Below are positions 1 through 7,500 of a DNA stretch of 8,823 nucleotides, piece after piece. The translations under genes were made by a program, and so were the position numbers. Source of the DNA: Escherichia coli (GTDB lineage: Bacteria; Pseudomonadota; Gammaproteobacteria; Enterobacterales; Enterobacteriaceae). The notes beneath the pieces were generated by a model. It was not told where the DNA came from. It searched no databases and worked only from the letters and a program-made list of their open reading frames with translations. The first letter of the stretch is position 1, and every line of letters starts with the position of its first letter. The stretch is from NCBI RefSeq assembly GCF_003334815.1, contig NZ_QOWO01000064.1. One strand, written 5' to 3'.

Positions 1-46
1 AACGGTGAACAATATCACCCTGGGTAAGTATCCGGAGGCGAAATGA
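1..46 (+). CDS. 3' end of a CbtA/YeeV-family toxin gene (partial; 5' portion lies outside the window)
   Basis: The frame starting at nt 2 translates TVNNITLGKYPEAK followed by TGA at 44-46. This C-terminal tail matches what I recall for CbtA/YeeV/YkfI/YpjF-type toxins of E. coli CP4-type cryptic prophages. The stop overlaps the next start codon (ATGA at 43-46). Recognition is from memory of a 14-residue tail only. Confidence 0.5.
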   Translation, partial: TVNNITLGKYPEAK

Positions 47-534
47 TGAAACTGGCCCTGACACTGGAAGCCGACAGTGTTAACGTACAGGCACTGAATA
101 TGGGGCGAATTGTCGTTGACATTGATGGTGTTAATCTCGCTGAACTGATTAACATGGTCTGCGATAACGGCTACTCCCTTCGTGTTGTTGATGAATCTGA
201 CCGGACCTCAGCAGACTGCACGCCACCATTTGTTGCCCTTACCGGCATACGCTGCAGTACCGCACATATCACGGAAACGGACAACGCCTGGCTGTACTCG
301 CTGTCACACCAGACCAGTGACTTCGGTGAATCAGAATGGATTCATTTTACCGGTACCGGTTATCTGTTACGTACCGATGCGTGGTCATACCCGGTTCTGC
401 GGCTTAAGCGCCTGGGGCTGTCAAAAACGTTCCGTCGTCTGGTCGTCACACTCATCCGGCGTTATGGTGTCAGTCTCATTCATCTGGATGCCAGTGCCGG
501 ATATCTGCCGGGTTTACCCACTTTCGACTGGTAA
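43..534 (+). CDS. Hypothetical protein of the kind encoded immediately downstream of cbtA-family toxin genes (YeeW-like); family assignment uncertain
   Basis: 163-aa ORF in the six-frame track. Its ATG at 43 overlaps the toxin stop by 4 nt, which is typical of coupled prophage modules. The product looks like a normal mixed-composition protein and resembles proteins I recall downstream of cbtA paralogs. GC about 50-58% by hand count on two lines. Confidence 0.6.
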   Translation: MMKLALTLEADSVNVQALNMGRIVVDIDGVNLAELINMVCDNGYSLRVVDESDRTSADCTPPFVALTGIRCSTAHITETDNAWLYSLSHQTSDFGESEWIHFTGTGYLLRTDAWSYPVLRLKRLGLSKTFRRLVVTLIRRYGVSLIHLDASAGYLPGLPTFDW

Positions 535-550
535 TCCGGAAATTCACAAC

Positions 551-727
551 ATGAAATCATTAACCACGGAAACAGCGCTGGATATTCTGATTACGTGGCT
601 GCAGGACAATATCGACTGCGAATCGGGAATTATCTTCGACAACGATGAGGATAAAACAGGTTCGGCAGCACTGTTGCGCTGTATCGAACAGGCCAGGGAG
701 GGTATCCGTACCCTGCGCCAACAGTAA
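551..727 (+). CDS. Small DUF957-like protein (58 aa)
   Basis: ATG at 551, 16 nt after the preceding stop, translates MKSLTTETALDILITWLQDNIDCESGIIFDNDEDKTGSAALLRCIEQAREGIRTLRQQ and ends at TAA 725-727. It resembles the small DUF957 proteins I recall in CP4-type islands. The track ORF 182..727 is the same frame extended upstream into the 43..534 gene, and I treat that 5' part as spurious. No clear Shine-Dalgarno sequence. Confidence 0.55.
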   Translation: MKSLTTETALDILITWLQDNIDCESGIIFDNDEDKTGSAALLRCIEQAREGIRTLRQQ

Positions 728-778
728 CTTTTGCACCAGAACCAGTGAAGATCACTCACCCGATTTCACTTCCCTGAC

Positions 779-809
779 GTCAGCCTGAACACGGCTGGCG
801 TTTTCATTT
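779..809 (+). terminator. Candidate rho-independent terminator after the DUF957-like gene
   Basis: Stem 779-785 (GTCAGCC) pairs with 793-799 (GGCTGGC), giving 7 bp with one G-U pair, around a 7-nt loop. It is followed by the T-rich tail GTTTTCATTT at 800-809. Confidence 0.45.
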
Positions 810-826
810 ATAAACAGAAAGGAAAA

Positions 827-985
827 ATGATGATGTCAGATACCACACTCTCCCGCCCGGAGGTGGTCAGCGGGCATACGGACGTTATCTATTCCACCTC
901 AGTCTGCCACATTCTGGCTGTACGAAAGAGTACACTGTTGCCAATCGACACAATTATCCGGCATCAAGTAAGCGATATCAGTTAA
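827..985 (+). CDS. Candidate small ORF (52 aa), function unknown
   Basis: ATG at 827 is preceded by AAAGGA at 818-823, a reasonable Shine-Dalgarno spacing. It translates MMMSDTTLSRPEVVSGHTDVIYSTSVCHILAVRKSTLLPIDTIIRHQVSDIS and stops at TAA 983-985. It is absent from the supplied ORF track, presumably for being below the length cut-off, and I do not recognise the family. Confidence 0.25.
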   Translation: MMMSDTTLSRPEVVSGHTDVIYSTSVCHILAVRKSTLLPIDTIIRHQVSDIS

Positions 986-1151
986 CCGATATAGATGGGG
1001 AAGATGCTTTTATCCGGATTGGTTCTATCGCGATGGTGCGAGTACCACTTGATGCAATGGAGCCTGTCGAGGAAGATGACGAGTAACAGAGCTCGGTATC
1101 TCAATCAGGACCTGATTGTCCTGGTTCGATGCCGAAAACCAGTGATTTTTC

Positions 1152-1173
1152 GTGTTGGTATCTGTGTTGGTAT
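1152..1173. repeat. Tandem direct repeat of GTGTTGGTAT (two perfect copies, period 12), with a partial third copy GGTGTTG at 1179-1185
   Basis: Read directly from the sequence: GTGTTGGTAT at 1152-1161 and again at 1164-1173. It lies just upstream of the candidate promoter at 1193-1220. Confidence 0.6.
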
Positions 1174-1192
1174 AGGATGGTGTTGTTTATTA

Positions 1193-1220
1193 TTAACAAT
1201 TTTAAATCATGAGGTTAAAT
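1193..1220 (+). promoter_or_regulatory. Candidate sigma70-type promoter (-35 TTAACA, 16-nt spacer, -10 TTAAAT)
   Basis: TTAACA at 1193-1198 matches TTGACA at 5 of 6 positions and TTAAAT at 1215-1220 matches TATAAT at 4 of 6. Judged by eye only; the predicted start site is near 1227-1230. Confidence 0.2.
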
Positions 1221-1263
1221 CGCATGTTTGAGTCCGGTCTTCGCACCACATCGTATGCAAATC

Positions 1264-1288
1264 GAGTCGCTCAAGGGCGGCTTTTTTT
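1264..1288 (+). terminator. Candidate rho-independent terminator
   Basis: Stem GTCGC (1266-1270) pairs with GCGGC (1277-1281) around the loop TCAAGG, and is followed immediately by a run of seven T at 1282-1288. The stem is short at 5 bp, extendable by A-U and G-U pairs into the T-run. Confidence 0.4.
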
Positions 1289-1636
1289 GTACCTGTGTTT
1301 TCACTACTTTGTTTGCATGTAACGCTGATAATCTAAGAACTTCGGAAGCCCCATTTCCATCAATGATGTTCATTCATCATCCTGAAAATTAAGTAGATAT
1401 AAAACTTCATTGCCTTGGTCTAATGGCACAGAAATAGATTGCATTTGGCGAGTGGCATTCTTAGTGCGTCGTTGTTTAGTCATGAAACGATGCGTAAAAT
1501 TGCTGATTTTATGTGTCAAAGTCCCGCAACCGGAGATGGCCTTACTTCAATGATCAACCACTATTGACGTATCCTTTTAATATCTTGATTCAATTCAGCA
1601 GGTTATCGTCCAAAGTACAGCGAAGAGAGAGAAAAG

Positions 1637-4528
1637 ATGATTGGTACAACACCTTATCATGCGAAATATTTTGCGCATGAACTTTCCATTCTTCATTCAA
1701 ACAATGGGGTGGACCGTCTGTCTCAATCGCTGTTTGATGCAAGCGTAGATCTAAACCCTCATCAAATTGAGGCGGCTCTTTTTGCTATCGAAAATCCGCT
1801 AAGCAAAGGTGTTGTGCTTGCCGATGAAGTTGGTTTGGGTAAAACCATTGAAGCTGGACTAGTGCTTTGCCAGTTGTGGGCTGAAAGAAAACGTAAACTG
1901 TTGATCATTTGTCCTGCTTCACTGCGTCGCCAATGGGCGAGCGAGTTACAGGAAAAGTTCAATCTACCTTCTCAGGTGTTGGACGCGAAAATGTATAGCC
2001 AGCTTCAAAAAGAAGGGATCCATAATCCCTTAAATAATAAATCGATCACTATCATGTCATACCACTATGCTGCTCGGTTAGAAGAGAAATTGGTGGCTGA
2101 AATGTGGGATCTGGTTGTTATCGACGAAGCCCATAAACTGCGTAATGCTCATCGAGAAAGCAACAAAATGGGGCAAGCGTTAAAGCGTGCGCTTGATGGG
2201 CGGAAGAAATTACTACTGACCGCAACGCCTTTACAGAACTCGTTGATGGAACTGTATGGCATGTCGACGCTTATAGATGAACATACCTTCGGCGAAGTTA
2301 AAGCGTTCAGAAAGCAATATATGCAGGCAGATAGCGATATTGCGGAGTTGAAGGGGCGATTGTCGCGTTTTATCAAACGAACTCTACGCAAGAATGTGCT
2401 GGAGTATATCAAGTATACAGAACGTAAAGCGATCACTATTCCTTTCTATCCGAGCGAACAGGAGCAGGATCTTTATGAACGCGTACAAAAATTGCTTGAA
2501 CGTGAGGATAGCTATGCCTTACCAAAACGACACCGGCATCTGACGGGGCTTATACTCAGAAAACTACTTTCCTCAAGTACGAAAGCCGTATTGAATAACT
2601 TGCAGATCCTTAAGACTCGTTTAGAAAGGTTAAAGCTGGAAGGTATCGTTGAAGATGATATGGACATCATCCAACAGATCATAATGGATGATGATCTTGA
2701 AGATGACATCGTTGAAGATGCCGAATCAGTAGCGCCAGATACAGAGTGCAAATCTGTGGATTCAGATGCGCTTCAGGCAGAAATCAATGAGCTGGAATCA
2801 CTCATTGTTAAAGCAGAACAGATTGGCACTGATACCAAATCAAAAGAGTTGCTTTCTGGCCTGGAGCAAGGTTTTGCACAGCTTGCCGAAATGGGGGCTG
2901 CAAAAAAAGTCATCATCTTCACGGAGTCGATGCGAACTCAACAGTACCTTGCACATTTTCTGGAAAACAATGGCTACCAGGGAAAAGTAGTAACCTTTAG
3001 TGGCACAAACAATACACCGCAGGCAAACAAGATCTACCAGCAATGGCGCGAGGAATATCAGGGATCTTCTCGTATTACCGGGTCGGCGCAAATTGATAAA
3101 CGCTCGGCTTTGATCGACCACTTCAAAGATCATGCTGAAATCATGATAGCTACAGAAGCTGCAGCTGAAGGGGTGAACCTGCAATTTTGTTCGCTACTGA
3201 TCAATTACGATTTACCCTGGAACCCACAACGCATTGAGCAGCGTATTGGACGTTGTCACCGATACGGGCAAAAATTTGATGTGGTTGTTATTAACTTCCT
3301 CAATCAGCGAAACCAGGCCGATCAACGCGTTCTTGAACTCTTAACTGAAAAGTTCAGCCTGTTTGATGGCGTGTTTGGCGCATCGGATAGTGTGCTTGGC
3401 AGCATAGAAAATGGTGTGGATTTTGAAAAAAGGATCCAGTCAATTTATGAGTCATGCCGTACCCCCGAGGAGATAGAGCTGGCTTTTGAAAGGTTGCAGA
3501 AAGAGCTGGAAGATGAAATCAATCTCAAGATGCAGAAGACGCAAGAACAGTTGCTTGAGCATTTTGATGAAGATATTCACGATATCCTTAAAATAAGGCT
3601 TGATGAAGCTCGGGAGCGCCTGGATAAAGTCGGTCGTTGGTTTTGGGCCGTGACCTGTCAGCAGCTCAAACAATATGCTGATTTTGATCATGAGCATCAT
3701 CGTTTCACTTTACGTGAATCAGTCAATGAACTGCCTGTCGGGCAGTACCAGCTGTTGCGCAAAGATGGCAGGCAAAATAGTGCGTTACAAATGCAGGATC
3801 ACCACAGTTTTGCATATCGGATCAATCATCCACTGGGTGAGTACGTCATTGACGGAGCTAAAGCCCAGGAGACGAAAACAGCTGAAGTCATCTTCGATTA
3901 CAGTAACCACACAACGAAAGTTTCGGTGGCTGAGCAGCTGAAAGGGCAATCAGGATGGTTAACACTAAATTTGCTTACTGTTGATGCGTTTAACAGGCAG
4001 CAATTTTTAGTCTTTACCGCGAAAACTGACAACGGACGTGTGGTAGATGGTGAAGCTTGTAAACGTCTGTTCAACTTGTCTGCAATAACCAACGAAAAGC
4101 TGGATAATTCGGCAAGTTTAGATGCATTACCTGATGACTTGATCTTACTCAAGAACAGGCAAATTGACGCCAGGCTTGCAGAAGTTTTGGAGCAGAACAA
4201 TGTCCTTTTTGAAGCGGAAAGAGATAAGCTGGAAAAATGGGCTGAAGACATGATCTTTGCGGCGGAAGAAGCATTACGCGATACCAAAATGCAAATCAAG
4301 TCGTTGAAGCGAGAAGCCAGGCTGGCGCAATCGATCGAAGAACAAAAGCAAAACCAGGAAAAGCTTAAGCTCCTGGAACGGCAGCAGAAGCGCCAACGTA
4401 TGGAAATTTTTGACATTGAAGATGAGATCGCCGACAAGCGGGATGAACTCATCAGTGCCCTTGAAGAGCGGATGAAGCAAAAGACGGATATCACCGAGCT
4501 GTTTACCATCCGCTGGAAAGTTATTTAA
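1637..4528 (+). CDS. SNF2-family (DEAH-type superfamily 2) helicase/ATPase, 963 aa; candidate DrmD-like component
   Basis: Motifs are visible in the translation: Walker A GLGKT (nt 1832-1846), motif II DEAH (2123-2134), the SNF2-type motif III TATPLQN, and in the C-terminal lobe motif V IATEAAAEGVNLQ and motif VI QRIGRCHRYGQ (3239-3271). A purine-rich Shine-Dalgarno-like stretch (AGAGAGAGAAAAG) precedes the ATG. GC about 43-47% by hand count. Confidence 0.9.
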   Translation: MIGTTPYHAKYFAHELSILHSNNGVDRLSQSLFDASVDLNPHQIEAALFAIENPLSKGVVLADEVGLGKTIEAGLVLCQLWAERKRKLLIICPASLRRQWASELQEKFNLPSQVLDAKMYSQLQKEGIHNPLNNKSITIMSYHYAARLEEKLVAEMWDLVVIDEAHKLRNAHRESNKMGQALKRALDGRKKLLLTATPLQNSLMELYGMSTLIDEHTFGEVKAFRKQYMQADSDIAELKGRLSRFIKRTLRKNVLEYIKYTERKAITIPFYPSEQEQDLYERVQKLLEREDSYALPKRHRHLTGLILRKLLSSSTKAVLNNLQILKTRLERLKLEGIVEDDMDIIQQIIMDDDLEDDIVEDAESVAPDTECKSVDSDALQAEINELESLIVKAEQIGTDTKSKELLSGLEQGFAQLAEMGAAKKVIIFTESMRTQQYLAHFLENNGYQGKVVTFSGTNNTPQANKIYQQWREEYQGSSRITGSAQIDKRSALIDHFKDHAEIMIATEAAAEGVNLQFCSLLINYDLPWNPQRIEQRIGRCHRYGQKFDVVVINFLNQRNQADQRVLELLTEKFSLFDGVFGASDSVLGSIENGVDFEKRIQSIYESCRTPEEIELAFERLQKELEDEINLKMQKTQEQLLEHFDEDIHDILKIRLDEARERLDKVGRWFWAVTCQQLKQYADFDHEHHRFTLRESVNELPVGQYQLLRKDGRQNSALQMQDHHSFAYRINHPLGEYVIDGAKAQETKTAEVIFDYSNHTTKVSVAEQLKGQSGWLTLNLLTVDAFNRQQFLVFTAKTDNGRVVDGEACKRLFNLSAITNEKLDNSASLDALPDDLILLKNRQIDARLAEVLEQNNVLFEAERDKLEKWAEDMIFAAEEALRDTKMQIKSLKREARLAQSIEEQKQNQEKLKLLERQQKRQRMEIFDIEDEIADKRDELISALEERMKQKTDITELFTIRWKVI

Positions 4529-4548
4529 TTGATTTGAAAGAGAAAATA

Positions 4549-7500
4549 ATGAGTAAGTACAACGAATTAGTTAAGAAGCTAAAAGAAATTTTTCAGATTG
4601 ATCGACCAGAACTGGATTTCGGTATTTATCGTATTTTAAATGCGCGTGCTGATGAAATTAACGACTATCTGGATAATAAGCTGAAGGCCAAAATCCAGTC
4701 TGCGCTGGCGGATGCAGGAAATGCCAATAAATCAGAATTAGAACATCAGTTGCAACTGACAATAAAAGCGGCAACTGATGCGGGTGTAGACCCTGCTGAT
4801 AGCCCAAAAGTACAGGAGCTTAAAAAGCAACTGGCGGCTATGGCATCCGGAGCAAATGAGCATGAAAATGCAGTATTTTCCCATCTGCTCACTTTCTTTT
4901 CGCGTTATTATGACAACGGCGATTTTATCAGCAAACGCCGTTATAAAGGTAATACCTACGCCATCCCCTATTCTGGCGAAGAAGTGATGTTGCACTGGGC
5001 AAATAAGGACCAGTACTACATTAAAAGCGGTGAAAACTTCGCTAATTATTCGTTCAAATTAGAAGACGGTCGTAAAGTTAGCTTTAAATTGCTCGCAGCG
5101 GACACAGCAAAAGATAACCGTAAAGATAATGAATTAGATCGCTGCTTTGTACTTATTGAGCCACATGTTCGTACCAAAATTGATGAAGAAGGCGATGAGT
5201 ACGAACAAGAATATAAGCCAGTAGAAGTGGTGAAAAACTCATCTGTGGTGGACGGTAAACTCGTTGAAACAGAAGAGTTAGTTATTCACTTCGAATATAA
5301 GGCAATGAAAAAGGGCACTAAGCAGGATGCTTTAGTACAGTCCGCCATTTCAACAATTCTGGCAGATAAAACAGTTCAACAGCATTGGGTTGATCTTGCT
5401 AAACGTGCGCCAACAGAAAAGAATCCGTCACGTACAGAGTTGGAGCGTCACCTTACAACTTATACCCAGCGTAATACAGCAGACTACTTTATCCATAAAG
5501 ATCTCGGTGGTTTTTTAACGAACGAACTGGATTTTTATATTAAAAATGAAGTAATGAATCTCGATAATGTGCAAAATGCAGAAGTGTTTGCCAATGTTGA
5601 GAAACAATTGCGCATGATTCAATGTTTGCGTGCTGTTGCGCTGGAACTCATTACATTTTTGGCACAAATTGAGAATTTCCAGAAAAAACTTTGGACTAAG
5701 AAGAAGTTTGTTGTTGGGCATGAGTATCTTGTGTCACTTTCAAATCTATCAGATTCGCTTTACGATAAAATTCGAACTAATAAAGGGCAACATGATGAAT
5801 GGGTTGAGCTTTATGCTGTAAATAAAATTCCTGGATATTCATTTCCATTCACAAAAGATTTCTTGTATAAAAATAATGGTATGATATTGGATACAAAATA
5901 TTTTGATCCGTCATTTAAGGAGGTTTTTTTAACAGAGTTAACTAATGTTGACGATAATTTAGATGGTCTCTTAATTAATTCAGATAATTATCAGGCCATT
6001 AATTTTTTGGAGGGGCGGTATAAGGACTCAATAGACTGTCTTTATATTGATCCTCCGTATAATACTGCGGCTTCAGAAATTTTATATAAAAATGAATATA
6101 AGCACAGCAGCTGGAATTCATTAATGTATGAAAGGATATCTAAAAGCTATAATTTACTGAAAATTTCTGCAATTAATTTTACCGCGATAGATCATGCGGA
6201 ATTATATAATCTTGGTAAGATCAAGGATGAAATCTATGGAGAACAAAACAGGATAGCAGTTGTTACTGTTCAGCATAATCCTAAAGGGCGTAACCAGGCA
6301 AAGTTCTTTTCTGAAAATACTGAGTATATGTTAGTATATGCTAAAGATTTTAATGCTGCTAACTTTAACTCTGTAGCTATCGATGAGGATGTGCTTTTAA
6401 CATTCACAGAACAAGATAATATAGGCCGTTATCGTTGGGAAAACTTTATTCGTGCAAGAACAAGTTGGTCCAGAGCAAATAGACCAAATAACTGGTATCC
6501 TTTATACGTCTCTTCCGACTTAAAATCAATTTCTGTTGATTATGTAGATGGGTATATCGAAGTATATCCTACAACTAAACAGGGGGATTTTTCGTGGAAA
6601 AATATTAAAGAATCATTTGTTGAATTAAATAAAGATAATTATTTTAAAGCTGTAAATGAAAATGGAGAAATAAAAATCTATCATAAATATAGGGAGCAGC
6701 AAGTCTTTAAAAATCTTTGGATTGATAAGAAATATCAGTCTGAGTTTAATGGTACAAATTTACTGAAAAACATACTTGGACAATCACTATTTGATTATCC
6801 GAAATCATTATATGCAGTACAAGATGCAATCAAAATGTCGACACCACACAATGGTATTGTATTGGACTATTTTGCAGGTTCAGGGACAACTTCTCATGCA
6901 GTAATAAACCTTAATAATTCAGATAATCTCTGTATGAAATTTATCAATGTTGAAATGGGTACTCATTTCAATACAGTAGTTATTCCAAGATTGAAGAAAA
7001 TTGGATATTCAAACTTATGGAAACAATGTAAACCAATCGGTAAACCTCAAAAAATGACTATCAAGTATTTGAAACTTGAAAGTTATGAGGATGCTCTTAA
7101 TAATATACAATTACGAAGTTATTCATTGCATCAGGATATTTTCGACATTTTGGTGGAAGATGTAAAATCAGAGTTTGCTCTTAAATATATTTTTGAAAAT
7201 GAATTATTTTATTCACTATTAAATACTGATAATTTCAAAAAACCATTTAACTACGAAATGGATATTGCGACGGATTCCGCCGGTGCCACTGAGCGTAAAA
7301 ACATCGATTTAGTTGAAACTTTCAATTATCTCATTGGCTTACATGTGAAATCCATCGAATCTGATATCGCACGTGGCTATGTGCGTATTGAAGGAACGCT
7401 GCCAACAGGCGAGCGTACCCTTATTCTGTGGCGCGATTGCGACAAGATCGGTTATGAAGAATTGAATAAATATGCCAACCGATTTGATTTGTATGCAAAA

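Noticed and set aside
182-550. 5' extension of track ORF 182..727, out of frame within the 43..534 gene
   Set aside because: It overlaps the better-supported 43..534 ORF in another frame. Only the 3' part from ATG 551 resembles a real small protein, so the extension is treated as a frame artefact.
1121-1142. GGTTCGATGCC, which superficially resembles a tRNA T-arm or a tRNA-derived attachment-site remnant
   Set aside because: There is no matching T-stem complement, acceptor stem or CCA context. The local inverted repeat CTGGTT…AACCAG explains it as a simple hairpin. Not called as a tRNA or attachment site.
995-1231. 78-aa plus-strand ORF in the six-frame track
   Set aside because: The product is Cys/Leu/Val-rich with odd composition, I see no Shine-Dalgarno site, and the region is full of hairpins and direct repeats. 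It is more likely non-coding regulatory DNA.
1370-1483. 37-aa minus-strand ORF with a basic N-terminus (MTKQRRTKNATRQ…)
   Set aside because: There is no Shine-Dalgarno site, it is very short, and it lies in an AT-rich spacer. Insufficient support.
1564-1592. TTGACG -35-like hexamer upstream of the SNF2 gene as the operon promoter
   Set aside because: No acceptable -10 hexamer lies 16-18 nt downstream (GATTCA at best). I could not identify a convincing promoter for the defence operon by eye and left it uncalled.
3898-4509. 203-aa minus-strand ORF and the other antisense ORFs inside the SNF2 and methyltransferase genes (for example 2840..3184, 2512..2751, 4738..4995, 7339..7539, 8267..8617)
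   Set aside because: These are Ser/Leu/Cys-rich shadow ORFs lying antisense to genes with strong motif support. They have no recognisable motifs and no start context.
4534-4548. TTG start at 4534 for the methyltransferase, as used by the ORF track
   Set aside because: The in-frame ATG at 4549 has a better-placed purine-rich ribosome-binding site (AAAGAG). TTG at 4534 lies only 5 nt after the upstream stop and has no Shine-Dalgarno site. It is kept as a possible alternative, not the primary call.
5926-5932. Homopolymeric T7 tract inside the methyltransferase gene (and A7 at about 2895-2901 in the SNF2 gene) as possible phase-variation switches
   Set aside because: Tracts of 7 nt or fewer are below the length usually associated with slipped-strand phase variation, and there is no evidence of alternative-frame continuation.
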